NCBI GenBank assembly: GCA_039698055.1
Contig: JBDKTL010000021.1
Location: 32,001 to 96,000, forward strand
Direction of reading: 5' to 3'
DNA: 64,000 bases
Origin: Methanoregula sp.
Lineage (GTDB): Archaea; Halobacteriota; Methanomicrobia; Methanomicrobiales; Methanospirillaceae
Within the stretch, counting starts at the first letter, position 1. Each line of letters starts with the position of its first letter. Positions 9,819 to 19,331 of this stretch are shown here, piece by piece. The notes beneath the pieces were generated by a model. That model was not told the origin of the DNA. It did not search any database and saw only the letters and a program-made list of their open reading frames with translations. The position numbers were made by a program, and so were the translations under genes.

Positions 9819-10088
9819 ATGGACAGAAATAGTATCAGATGGCTGCTGGATATGGTAATGATTGTGGCATTCATGCTTTCTTTTGTGACCGGGCTGCTGA
9901 AGTTCACGCTGCTCCTGCGGTGGACCGGGCTCAGTACAATAATACTCCCCTCGGCAGGTATTTCGGATCTGCATGACTGGTCGAGCGTGCTTCTTGGTGT
10001 GCTGGTCTTTGTCCATCTCATTCTCAACAGGGCCGGTATCATCACCATGACAAAAAAAATCTTTACGGGTAAAATTTCCGGCGATTAA
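9819..10088 (+). CDS. Small membrane protein, DUF4405-like
   Basis: TM helices with VTGLLK, LHDWS and VHLILN His motifs. Confidence 0.7.
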   Translation: MDRNSIRWLLDMVMIVAFMLSFVTGLLKFTLLLRWTGLSTIILPSAGISDLHDWSSVLLGVLVFVHLILNRAGIITMTKKIFTGKISGD

Positions 10089-10512
10089 ATAATATTGTCA
10101 ATGCCGGGAAAATAAAAAATTGCCGGAAAGTCTTCTGCCAGAAACAGGGAGATACTAAATGGCGTGGACGATTCACCGGCTTTACAATGAATTTTCCTCT
10201 CAAGCAATAGTTCCGGCAAACCTTTTACCGTTCCCGTTCGCATCCATCAATCAAAGGCACGCGACAGGAACGATTGCCGGATCATTGGCCGGTAGAAGAT
10301 CGCCCTATCGTATCGGGGGGTGTCAGGAAAATAATTTTTTAGGAGAAAAAGTCCACCAAATTTTTGTGGATTAAAAAAACAAAAGAATCCTGATGATCGG
10401 ACACGGCATGATTGCGCGATTGATATAATCGATCGGTAGTCCAGGCAAAAAAATTAAATTTCCTACGATGATGACCGTGTGTAACCGGCATTTTTACCGG
10501 AATTTACCATTT

Positions 10513-11943
10513 TTACCAGCCCATGAATAATGTCTTGGTCCGGGAATAACTGTCCAGCGCATGATACCCGTTCTCCCTGCCGATCCCGCTTTCATTCATT
10601 CCGCCAAAGGGAATCTCGGGAGGGATGGTGAGATGGCGGTTTACCCAGATAATGCCGGCGTTTACTTCACGATATACCCGTTTTACCGTTGCCAGATCCG
10701 TTGTCCAGATCGAAGCACCCAGCCCGTACCGGGTCCGGTTTGCTTCAGCAATGGCAGTATCCAGGTCGGGGACCGTCATGACAGGAAGGACCGGTCCAAA
10801 AATTTCAGTGGTGACGAGACCTGACCGGGGATCGACATCCGTAATAAGGGTCGGTTTATAGAAAAATCCGGCATCATATTCCCCGCCAGTTAACGCAGAA
10901 CCGCCAGTAAGAATCGTGCCTTCATTTCCTTCCCGGACACGGGCCATACAGCTGTTCATCCGGTCAAGCTGCTCCCTGCTGACAAGGGGGCCGATGTCCG
11001 TCCCGGGAGTAAGGCCGTTTCCTATTTTCATGTTGTCAGTCCGTTCCTGTAATTTTTTTACAAACGCAGGAGCGATTTTTTCGTCAAGGTAAAGGCGTTT
11101 GACCGCGGTGCAGATCTGCCCGGCATTATAAAACCGCCCGCGAAGCGCACCTTCGACGGCACGGTCAAGATCGGCATCAGCCATAACAATCATCGGATCG
11201 GAACCGCCCAGTTCAAGGGTAATGTCCTTGAACTGGTGTGCCGCCATCTCCCGGATCCGGTAACCGGTCGCGCAATCCCCGGTAAAAGAAATTTTTCTCA
11301 CGAGCGGGTGTTTCACAATTGATTCCCCGACGATCTCGCCCGGGCCGGTGACCACATTGAGTACTCCCGGTGGCAGGCCGGCATCACGCAGACACATGAC
11401 GATCTTCAGGTTCGTAAGGGGTGTCGAAGATGCAGGTTTGAGGACAAGAGTATTTCCTGCGAGTAATGCCGGGCCCACTTTCCAGCCCATAATGATCGCG
11501 GGCATGTTCCAGGGAATGATCGCACCGCAGACACCAAGAGGTTCCCGCATGACCATGCAGTCCCCTGCGCTGCCAAGATGGACAGCTTCTCCCGCAGGTT
11601 TTCCGGCAATCGAGGCATAGTATTCAAGGATATTTGCACATCCCCTCACCTCATCAATGGACTCCCGGAGCGGTTTTCCCTGTTCCATGGTGAGAAGTCG
11701 GCCAAGATCCTTGTGCTGCTCCCGGATGATTCCCGCTGCACGGACAAGAACCATGCCCCGTTCCCGTGTCGTCTTTTTCGACCATAAGCCAAATGCCCCC
11801 TGTGCAGATTCGACCGCTGCATCGACATCCGGTGCTGCCCCACGGGGAACCCGGTCAAGCACTTCCCCGGTTGCCGGGTTACTAACATCCATCCAGGCGT
11901 CATCCAGCGACGCGGTTTCTTTTCCATCGATCAACATGTGCAT
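10513..11943 (-). CDS. NAD(P)-dependent aldehyde dehydrogenase (lactaldehyde dehydrogenase-like)
   Basis: IIPWNMP, KPAS, ISFTG, ELGGSDP, NAGQIC catalytic Cys, EIFGP and PFGG motifs. Confidence 0.9.
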   Translation of the reverse strand: MHMLIDGKETASLDDAWMDVSNPATGEVLDRVPRGAAPDVDAAVESAQGAFGLWSKKTTRERGMVLVRAAGIIREQHKDLGRLLTMEQGKPLRESIDEVRGCANILEYYASIAGKPAGEAVHLGSAGDCMVMREPLGVCGAIIPWNMPAIIMGWKVGPALLAGNTLVLKPASSTPLTNLKIVMCLRDAGLPPGVLNVVTGPGEIVGESIVKHPLVRKISFTGDCATGYRIREMAAHQFKDITLELGGSDPMIVMADADLDRAVEGALRGRFYNAGQICTAVKRLYLDEKIAPAFVKKLQERTDNMKIGNGLTPGTDIGPLVSREQLDRMNSCMARVREGNEGTILTGGSALTGGEYDAGFFYKPTLITDVDPRSGLVTTEIFGPVLPVMTVPDLDTAIAEANRTRYGLGASIWTTDLATVKRVYREVNAGIIWVNRHLTIPPEIPFGGMNESGIGRENGYHALDSYSRTKTLFMGW

Positions 11944-12015
11944 GGTAAAATTCCCCCAGCTCCGCTGATCTCTTCTTGTGCGGGGCACATCTTTAAAGGT
12001 ACGGGGACTTTGGCT

Positions 12016-13926
12016 TTAGGAAAGTACGAGAGAATTATTCTCAAAAATTATTTCGCATTCTGTGTTGTCACTGGAGATACCCCGTATTTTTCCCGTCCGG
12101 GTGGTATCATAGGCACCTGACTGTTCAAGCCATGCCCGGTACGGCGATGAGTTGATCAGCGATATCAGCCCGCAAATCCGGGGATCGTTGAGTATTTCCC
12201 GGTGCATGGCCAGTTCGTATTGTTCCCATGAGAGCGGCAGGAACTGGAGACCGTGGGATTGTGCAATTCCGGATGTGCACATACCTGCATCGGCATGACC
12301 GTTCCGTATCGCGGCAGCAACCATTTTCAGGTTGGCAACCTCGTGATGATACCCGTCAATCTGTGACGGGGTAATGCCCCGTGAATCGAGCAGTTGATCA
12401 AATGCCATCCGGGTCGACGAGTCCTTGCGGGTATTGATATACCGCAGCGACGTCAGGTCTTCAAGAGTTATGGCATCATGGGAGGCAATACCCTGCCGGG
12501 TCATGGCGATATGAACAAAGACGAGATCCATCGTTGACAGGTGCGGGAGAATAAACGGGCAGTCAGTGAGCAGGGATGACGCGGGCAGGTTCATCGGCGC
12601 TGCATGGCAGGAGTTGCGTTTGAGCGCGATAAGCGCCCCGGCATTACCGGTATTGACCGCGTGGATGAACGTACCCTGGTCATGGGCGATGATGCCCAGC
12701 TCTTCGAGCGCAGGGTCGAGCGTGCCGGAAAGTATGAGCGTCCGTTCAATACTTGCCGGATCGGTTGTCAGGAATACGTCCAGTTCGTGTCCGGCCGGGT
12801 ATCCTTCAACCGGTGCAGGGATATGGGAATACCCGTTGGCCTTGATGGTGGCCATCTGGACTCCTGAACCCCGGGAATTGGGAACACCCCAGTACGCAGG
12901 GCCGATTCTTCCAACGGTCACCGGAACAAACTCGTCAAATCCTAGATCGGTACCAAGCGGTGTTGCAAGTTTTGCCCGGACACGATGCCGTGGTGCCGGT
13001 GCAAGCCCCCAGGATTCAAGAAGCGGTGCGGCAAATTCCCGCAGGGCAGTCTGTGCGGCAAGGGGATAGCCGGGAAGCCCGATAACCGGTTTTTCGTTGA
13101 TTTTCCCGAGCATCACCGGTTTCCCCGGCTTGACTGCCACACCATGGAAGATGAGTTCGCCAAGTGTGGAGATAACCTGTGATGTATAATCCCTGGTGCC
13201 CGCAGACGATCCTGCCGATATGAGGACAAGGTCATTTGTCTCTACTGCATGCAGCATCGCTTTTTTTATCTCGTCCGGGTCATCGCGGACGATGGGCAGC
13301 CGGGTACAGTGTGCTCCCATGGCATCGAGAAATACCTGTGCCATGATCGTGTTGCTCTCGACCACCTGGCCCGGAGACGGGCGTACCCCAAGAGGGACAA
13401 GCTCGGAACCCGTGGGGATGATCCCGACGTTAACTGTCCGAGCATTGATCTGGACAATCCCATACGTTGCAAGAGCCCCGATATCAAACGCCCGTATGCG
13501 ATGACCCCGGGGCAGGACAAGGCGGTTTTCAAAAATGTCTTCGCCTGCCGCCCGGACATGCTGCCAGGGTGTGGCAGATTTGCGGATCTGGAACCTGTCG
13601 CCATCCTCCCAGGTATCTTCGATCATAATGACCGCATCAAAAGACGGCGGTACGATATTGCCGGTATTTACCCGGGTACATTCCTCAAGGGTAATGGGTG
13701 ACTGGTCGCTGGCGCCAAGAGTATCCCGGCTTTTTACCGCGATGCCGTCCATCGCCGCGATATTTACTTCCGGTACTGAATATTTTGCATAGATCGATTC
13801 GGCAATGATCCGCCCGAGAGATCCGGTCAGCGGAACGGTTTCTGTCCGGCCCGGATCGACAAATGACGTTTTTAAAAGATGCAGCGCATCTTCAAGCGAA
13901 CAGAGCGATAAGTACCGTTTTACCAA
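12016..13926 (-). CDS. moeA: Molybdopterin biosynthesis protein MoeA fused to C-terminal PBP (LysR-type substrate-binding) domain
   Basis: [36 protein letters not shown]-terminal PBP domain ([15 protein letters not shown]). TTG start. Confidence 0.9.
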   Translation of the reverse strand: MVKRYLSLCSLEDALHLLKTSFVDPGRTETVPLTGSLGRIIAESIYAKYSVPEVNIAAMDGIAVKSRDTLGASDQSPITLEECTRVNTGNIVPPSFDAVIMIEDTWEDGDRFQIRKSATPWQHVRAAGEDIFENRLVLPRGHRIRAFDIGALATYGIVQINARTVNVGIIPTGSELVPLGVRPSPGQVVESNTIMAQVFLDAMGAHCTRLPIVRDDPDEIKKAMLHAVETNDLVLISAGSSAGTRDYTSQVISTLGELIFHGVAVKPGKPVMLGKINEKPVIGLPGYPLAAQTALREFAAPLLESWGLAPAPRHRVRAKLATPLGTDLGFDEFVPVTVGRIGPAYWGVPNSRGSGVQMATIKANGYSHIPAPVEGYPAGHELDVFLTTDPASIERTLILSGTLDPALEELGIIAHDQGTFIHAVNTGNAGALIALKRNSCHAAPMNLPASSLLTDCPFILPHLSTMDLVFVHIAMTRQGIASHDAITLEDLTSLRYINTRKDSSTRMAFDQLLDSRGITPSQIDGYHHEVANLKMVAAAIRNGHADAGMCTSGIAQSHGLQFLPLSWEQYELAMHREILNDPRICGLISLINSSPYRAWLEQSGAYDTTRTGKIRGISSDNTECEIIFENNSLVLS

Positions 13927-13971
13927 ACCGGGTCACCCGACTGTTGTGAGTTTATTATTCTTTTTTTTAAT

Positions 13972-14718
13972 TTATAATTCCCGTTCAACTTTTCCGACAC
14001 CCGCAAGGTATACCGGCCACTGGGTTTCCGGATCGAGGTTTGCCAGTTTCATGATTAGATCATCGTGGAAAAGATCGACCGGTGCGACTTCAAAGCCATA
14101 ACATGCGGCCGCAGTAATGAGGGCCTGGCAAATGTGGCCGGCTTCGATCAGCACACTGCGATATCCCCGGTTGCCAAGCGCCCATGTGGATCTGTACGGA
14201 ACTGCCACCCAAAGAAAGGTGACGGCGGCACGGGTGACCACCTTGAAATTCATGCTCGCGGTCGCCATTTCAAAGGGCACATCCGAACCTTCCCGTTCAA
14301 GCACGATGCTGTGGGTGCGGGGGAGGTAGCGGTAAAGGCCAGTCGGGAGGTCTTCAACTTCCCCGGCAACAAAATACGTGTCGATCGGGTAGCGGGAGCC
14401 ACTCGAAGGAACGTTCCTGAGCATGATATGTTCTGATACGATCTTCCTGAATCCCTGTGTGCTCCAGAGAAGAAATGACAGTTCTTTTAATGTCATCGAC
14501 GTGCGGGAAAAAAATCCCGCCGGCTCCCATCGGTCAACAATATCCTTAACCTTTGTGTCGGGAACTTTGATGCGTCTGGGGTTGGGGAGTTTTGTTATTA
14601 TGGCCCCTTTCTTGACCGGAAGTTCAAATGGCGGTTCAGGAACCCGCAGGATCATATCGACCGTGGAAAAATCCGGGTACTTTGTTTTTTTGATAAAATC
14701 AGTGCCGATATCGTTCAT
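13972..14718 (-). CDS. SagB/ThcOx-family flavin dehydrogenase (nitroreductase fold)
   Basis: LSFLLWSTQG, RNVPSSGSRYPI, GLYRY and EAGHICQ motifs. Confidence 0.8.
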   Translation of the reverse strand: MNDIGTDFIKKTKYPDFSTVDMILRVPEPPFELPVKKGAIITKLPNPRRIKVPDTKVKDIVDRWEPAGFFSRTSMTLKELSFLLWSTQGFRKIVSEHIMLRNVPSSGSRYPIDTYFVAGEVEDLPTGLYRYLPRTHSIVLEREGSDVPFEMATASMNFKVVTRAAVTFLWVAVPYRSTWALGNRGYRSVLIEAGHICQALITAAACYGFEVAPVDLFHDDLIMKLANLDPETQWPVYLAGVGKVEREL

Positions 14719-14811
14719 TGCTTATCCTTTTATGAGATCATGCATGCGCACGTCCGATGAGAATATACTGCAAGACCTTCCGGCATACAGCAAAAAAATT
14801 GTGGGGATGCC

Positions 14812-15612
14812 TTATGCCAGGACATACAGATTTGCGTAAATTTCTTTTCCCTTGCTCTTGGGATGGCGCTCTCCGAGATCCCCGATATAGTGATCGAACA
14901 GGGAGGTTGTCCCATCGATCTCTTTTTCTTCCTGATCAAGTTTCTGGAAACCTGGGAGCATGTATTTGATCTTGCCCATTACATAGATATCTCCCTTGAC
15001 CATCTGGCCGCCAACCCGGCCTTCCACGTCGCCCTTGATAACGATCGTGCCCCCCTCGGCATGGGTTGATACATGGATGAACGCATTCTTTTCGATAATG
15101 ATCGTGCCGCCCAGCATGAACGTCCCGATATCGTTGCCGGCATTCCCGCGGATCCTGATGGTGCCGCCACGCATTCCCCGCCAGTCGCCACGATATGCGC
15201 AGCCGACATAGTTCTCGGCATTGCCGTCAACGATGATCTCGCCGCCTTCCATCGCGATGCCGGAAAAGGAGTGGACATTGCCCTTGATATGGATTTTTCC
15301 TCCCTTCATCCAGCCTCCGACGTACATATCCGCATTCCCGTTCACCGTGATGGTACCGGCGGTCATCTTGTTGCCGATGTATTTTACCCGGGTACAGTCT
15401 CCGGCAATGACAATGTCGGTCTCTGCTGCGGTCTTCCCGGCTGTACCGGAGACTTCAAAGAAGTCCCCGAGCCGGACATGGATCTTTCCTTCGCGACCTT
15501 CAAGATCGGCGATCTCTGCTGCGGTCTTCCCGGCAAATGCATCGGGTGTAATATTATACCCTTCCAGCATGAGCTCGGGCGTCTTTATGGGTTTTAAGGT
15601 TACCGTTGCCAT
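14812..15612 (-). CDS. fwdC: Formylmethanofuran dehydrogenase subunit C
   Basis: GXGXG beta-helix repeats, YRGDWRGMRGG, GDLGE. Mo (fmd) versus W (fwd) form cannot be resolved from sequence. Confidence 0.92.
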   Translation of the reverse strand: MATVTLKPIKTPELMLEGYNITPDAFAGKTAAEIADLEGREGKIHVRLGDFFEVSGTAGKTAAETDIVIAGDCTRVKYIGNKMTAGTITVNGNADMYVGGWMKGGKIHIKGNVHSFSGIAMEGGEIIVDGNAENYVGCAYRGDWRGMRGGTIRIRGNAGNDIGTFMLGGTIIIEKNAFIHVSTHAEGGTIVIKGDVEGRVGGQMVKGDIYVMGKIKYMLPGFQKLDQEEKEIDGTTSLFDHYIGDLGERHPKSKGKEIYANLYVLA

Positions 15613-15619
15613 GATCGCC

Positions 15620-17326
15620 TCAGGCCTCCACATCGACATCAATGACAAACGGGTGCGGGGCAAGGTAATCCCGGACCGGGTAGTTGTCGAGACCCACCGT
15701 GTAGTCCTTGGTGAAACTCTGGGTGATATCCCGGGTTACCTGCGGGATCTCTTTCATCTTTGCATTGACCCAGACAGTCTTCTTATGACCGTGGCCGAGA
15801 ATCTCCCCGTCTTTTACCACAATTTCGCCTGATTTGATAAACCAGCTCGACCGCAGTAATGCCGCCTCGATCTTCTCCGGGTCGCTTGGCATGTCCTTGT
15901 AGTTGAGATCGAACACGCCGACATCTGCGCTCATGCCCGGTGCCAGACCGCCATAGATATTGGACAGGCCAAGACACTTTGCCGGACCCGCACGGGTCAT
16001 TGCGGCAACTTCGTAAAGCGTCAGCTCGCGGTCCATGCTCTGAAGATCCGTCGCTGCGATGACCTTATCCTTATGCTTGAAGGAGTCAAGGGTCGCGTCA
16101 CGGGCTTTCTTGCTCATGAGCCACTTGATCACACGCGGGTAGCGGGTGAATGGCCCGGCATTCGGGTGATCGGTGGTAATGAAACAGCGCATGGGATCTT
16201 TTGCGTACAGGCCAAGTTCCAGGCCAATGGCCCACTGGATTGCACAGGTCTTGATGTCCTTGTCATAGACAAAGGGCACGACACCTGCAGCAGTTTCCAT
16301 CTCGACATCGGTGTTTGCCCACTTTAAGTGGTTGAGGGAGTTGAGGTGGTGCTCCATGGGACCGTCAGCGGTCATCGTCGTGGTCTCGTCGAGTGTTACG
16401 CAGCCAAGGTCGACGGTGATATTCTTGTGCTTGTTGACATAGTCCATGACATCTTTTGCCTTGGTCTCAAACGTTCCCCACGAGTCCCCGCCATATGAAT
16501 GGAACTGTATATGGGTCGAGTGCATGACCTGTTCGCGGCCAAACTTGTTCTTTGTCTTGACACCTTCTGCAAGTTTGAGCGTGTCGATTGTTGTGGTGTA
16601 GTTGCCCGGGTTGCCAAGGTTGTTTTGGTGGATATGGATAGAGTGCGGCAGGCCCAGGTACTCGTTAGCTGCCATCAGGCCATTAACGATCTGACGTGGC
16701 GTAATCTCGAAATAGGGAACGACATCATCAAGGCTCAGGCAGTTAAGTCCCCATGCCCATGCAGCCGTGCCGCCCGGGTTGACGACCTTGATACCGTAAC
16801 CTTTGGTTACCCGTATCAGCCATGCGATATATGCCGCAGTGTTTTCGACTTCCCCGTTCTTGAGATACTCCATGACAAACCAGTTGTTGCCAAACACCGG
16901 AAGAGCCGCCTCATCAATGATGGGTGTATCGTGGATCTCTTCATGCACGTGGGGGGAGTGGATGGGCGGCATTGCCGCTTCCATGACAAAACCGTAGCCC
17001 ATCCGTGCATAATCGTACCCAGTCTTGAAGGTGCTCGGGATCGAGAAACCAGATTCCATCCGGTACGGCAGCTGGCCCATCGGGCTCTTGAAAAGTTTGT
17101 CTTCGGGCCTCATCAGCCGGCCGACATTTACCTTTGGTCCTGCAACATGGGCATGGACATCGACACCGCCGGCCATGACAACCTTACCCTTGGCATCGAT
17201 GACCTTTGCACCGGACCCGACCTTTTCGACAAATTTCCCATCCTTGATCGCGACGTCTGCGACATCGCCGTCAATCTTGCGGGTCGGATCGATGACAAAT
17301 CCGTTTTTAATAAGTATTTCAGCCAT
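15620..17326 (-). CDS. fwdA: Formylmethanofuran dehydrogenase subunit A
   Basis: Amidohydrolase DVHAH, GPKVNVGRLMRPED, KVVNPGG, HIQFHSYGG and TTDHPNAGPF motifs. Confidence 0.95.
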   Translation of the reverse strand: MAEILIKNGFVIDPTRKIDGDVADVAIKDGKFVEKVGSGAKVIDAKGKVVMAGGVDVHAHVAGPKVNVGRLMRPEDKLFKSPMGQLPYRMESGFSIPSTFKTGYDYARMGYGFVMEAAMPPIHSPHVHEEIHDTPIIDEAALPVFGNNWFVMEYLKNGEVENTAAYIAWLIRVTKGYGIKVVNPGGTAAWAWGLNCLSLDDVVPYFEITPRQIVNGLMAANEYLGLPHSIHIHQNNLGNPGNYTTTIDTLKLAEGVKTKNKFGREQVMHSTHIQFHSYGGDSWGTFETKAKDVMDYVNKHKNITVDLGCVTLDETTTMTADGPMEHHLNSLNHLKWANTDVEMETAAGVVPFVYDKDIKTCAIQWAIGLELGLYAKDPMRCFITTDHPNAGPFTRYPRVIKWLMSKKARDATLDSFKHKDKVIAATDLQSMDRELTLYEVAAMTRAGPAKCLGLSNIYGGLAPGMSADVGVFDLNYKDMPSDPEKIEAALLRSSWFIKSGEIVVKDGEILGHGHKKTVWVNAKMKEIPQVTRDITQSFTKDYTVGLDNYPVRDYLAPHPFVIDVDVEA

Positions 17327-17327
17327 G

Positions 17328-18701
17328 TTAGTTCACCCCGGATGTCGGATATTTCCGGTCTTCTTTTGCGGCAAGCCAGACCGGATGTGTCTGGGTAAGT
17401 TCGCACATACGTTCGTAAACCTTGTCGAAAAGTTCCTCATCGCTTGGGACACCTTCAGGCCCGTCAATGACTTTCTTGAACTGGATGGGCACATTGTCCA
17501 TACGATAGACAACACCGGGTTCGTCGACCCCACAAATCCGGACCGGGATGTGGAGATCGGAGATCTCGCTGGCCATGCAGAAGTTCGGGTCGATCGTGAT
17601 GAACGGGTGCTTCTTGACATGCTTGATTGCATCGATAGGCCAGTGGGCACCGGCATCGGTTCCGACATTCACGAAACAGTCGACCTCGTCACGCATCGCA
17701 AGATCGATCGAGCTGGTTTCACCCGGGTTCATGTGGGCATGGGTACCCTTGGTGAGATCAATGCAGTACGGGAATCCAAACTGCCACGACCAGACCTGTC
17801 CTGGCCCGGCAATATTATAGTGGCCCCGCATCGCCATGATTGATGCTTTTGTTACCGAGTTGAGATCCCGTGTCAGGCTGATTGCGTGATCTATATTGTG
17901 GTTGCGCCCGTCCGTGTGAGTGCAGCCCATACCAAAGAAGATCATCACGAACCGGGCCTTTTTCATAATTTCCACGGATTTGACAATGGTCTCTTTCTTG
18001 ATTCCTGCGACAACATCCGGGATGTCATGGCCACGGAGAACGGTCCGGAACGCATCGAAGAGTTCGTAGTCATGACCCTGGTCGAGCATGAGGTGGATAT
18101 CGGCAAGTTTGGCGGTATCGGTTTCACGGGGATCGACACTGATAATCGTACGGTTCATCTGCCCCTTCTGGGTGAAGAACCCTCTGGGGAAGATTGAATA
18201 CCGGGACGTGTGCCGGGGGTGGGCATGCATCGGGTTGCATCCCCAGAAGACGACGACATCGGCACGGTTCTTTGCTTCGCCAAGGGTGCAGCTCGGGTAG
18301 CCGTTATCGAAAATGGCTAAAAACGAAGGGCCGTGACAGATAGATGCACAGTTATCAAGCACTGCACCGGCTTTTTCAGCAACCCTGCCAACCGCACTCA
18401 TGCCTTCGCAGTTGGTGGAGCCAAAACCATAGATGAGCGGCTTTTTTGCGGCGATCAGGGTCTTTGCCGTGTAATCGATCGCTTCATCATAGGTAATCTC
18501 TTTCATTGAGCCGTCAGGCTGGCGCATCCGTGGTTTTGTCGGGCGTGCAGGATCATTTGCATGATGGAAAATATTTGTCCCGATGACACAGGCATTGCGG
18601 ACTTCAAGGACTTTCTTACCATCATCCGATACAAGGACTTCAAGATCATCGCAGGACGATCCGCAGTACGGACATCCCACTTGTGTGATAAGTTTAGGCA
18701 T
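17328..18701 (-). CDS. fwdB: Formylmethanofuran dehydrogenase subunit B (Mo/W-bis-PGD)
   Basis: CPYCGSSCDD Fe-S motif, ICHGPS metal-ligand Cys (TGT codon), KNRAD, HAHPRH, MRGHYN, YRMDNVP. Confidence 0.95.
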   Translation of the reverse strand: MPKLITQVGCPYCGSSCDDLEVLVSDDGKKVLEVRNACVIGTNIFHHANDPARPTKPRMRQPDGSMKEITYDEAIDYTAKTLIAAKKPLIYGFGSTNCEGMSAVGRVAEKAGAVLDNCASICHGPSFLAIFDNGYPSCTLGEAKNRADVVVFWGCNPMHAHPRHTSRYSIFPRGFFTQKGQMNRTIISVDPRETDTAKLADIHLMLDQGHDYELFDAFRTVLRGHDIPDVVAGIKKETIVKSVEIMKKARFVMIFFGMGCTHTDGRNHNIDHAISLTRDLNSVTKASIMAMRGHYNIAGPGQVWSWQFGFPYCIDLTKGTHAHMNPGETSSIDLAMRDEVDCFVNVGTDAGAHWPIDAIKHVKKHPFITIDPNFCMASEISDLHIPVRICGVDEPGVVYRMDNVPIQFKKVIDGPEGVPSDEELFDKVYERMCELTQTHPVWLAAKEDRKYPTSGVN

Positions 18702-18704
18702 ACG

Positions 18705-19118
18705 TCAGTTCCCTCCCTTCCAGAGTCCGACCGATCCCTGTACGAGCTCCAGTGCGGTCTTTATCCGTTCATTAAATGCCGGCTCAATAGTTACCGGAAA
18801 TCCACTGTACTGGGGGGTACCGGTGGATTGTGTCCGTGGCGGGACGACCTGGTTTGCCCAGACACCCTGCCGGATGTGGGCAAGGCCCGGCGGGACAAAT
18901 TGTGTTGGAACAATTGCCTTCACGATGACGGTGCCGCATTCGCTGGTCACTTTGACATTCGAGTTTTTCCAGATCCCGGCTTTTTTCATGTCTTCGGGAT
19001 TCAGTTCGATGATCGAACAGGCGTCAAAGTAGTCAGGGTTTGTCTTCCCTTTCTCCATCGCGGCGCCTTCTTCGACCGAACGCTGGGTGATCATGTTCAT
19101 TGAGAGCTTATTTCCCAT
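18705..19118 (-). CDS. fwdD: Formylmethanofuran dehydrogenase subunit D
   Basis: ELNPEDM, VKVTSECG, GVWAN and TGTPQYSG motifs. First gene of the DBAC operon. Confidence 0.92.
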   Translation of the reverse strand: MGNKLSMNMITQRSVEEGAAMEKGKTNPDYFDACSIIELNPEDMKKAGIWKNSNVKVTSECGTVIVKAIVPTQFVPPGLAHIRQGVWANQVVPPRTQSTGTPQYSGFPVTIEPAFNERIKTALELVQGSVGLWKGGN

Positions 19119-19158
19119 TCTTCACCTCATACACATACATTCAATAACAATTACCAAA

Positions 19159-19292
19159 TGTTAACCGGCATTACTTGCCTGTACATGTCGTAAGTTCGCG
19201 TATGTTAAATAATTTTTTTATTGTGCTAATCTTGTTTAGTATATTTGTTAAACCAAAAAAATTTCACCGATATGTTAATTAAACTATGTTAA
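19159..19292. promoter_or_regulatory. Array of five TGTTAA motifs upstream of fwdD
   Basis: TGTTAA at 19159, 19203, 19246, 19273 and 19287 in an AT-rich intergenic region. Confidence 0.4.
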
Positions 19293-19331
19293 CGTGAGGA
19301 TTCTCCGGTAATATCACTCAAAAATATTTGC

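Noticed and set aside
13972-14718. RiPP (azole) biosynthesis cluster around the SagB-like gene
   Set aside because: No YcaO, E1-like protein or precursor peptide nearby; stand-alone SagB-family genes are common in methanogens.
17328-18701. Selenocysteine in FwdB
   Set aside because: The metal-ligand codon is TGT (Cys) and the frame has no internal TGA.
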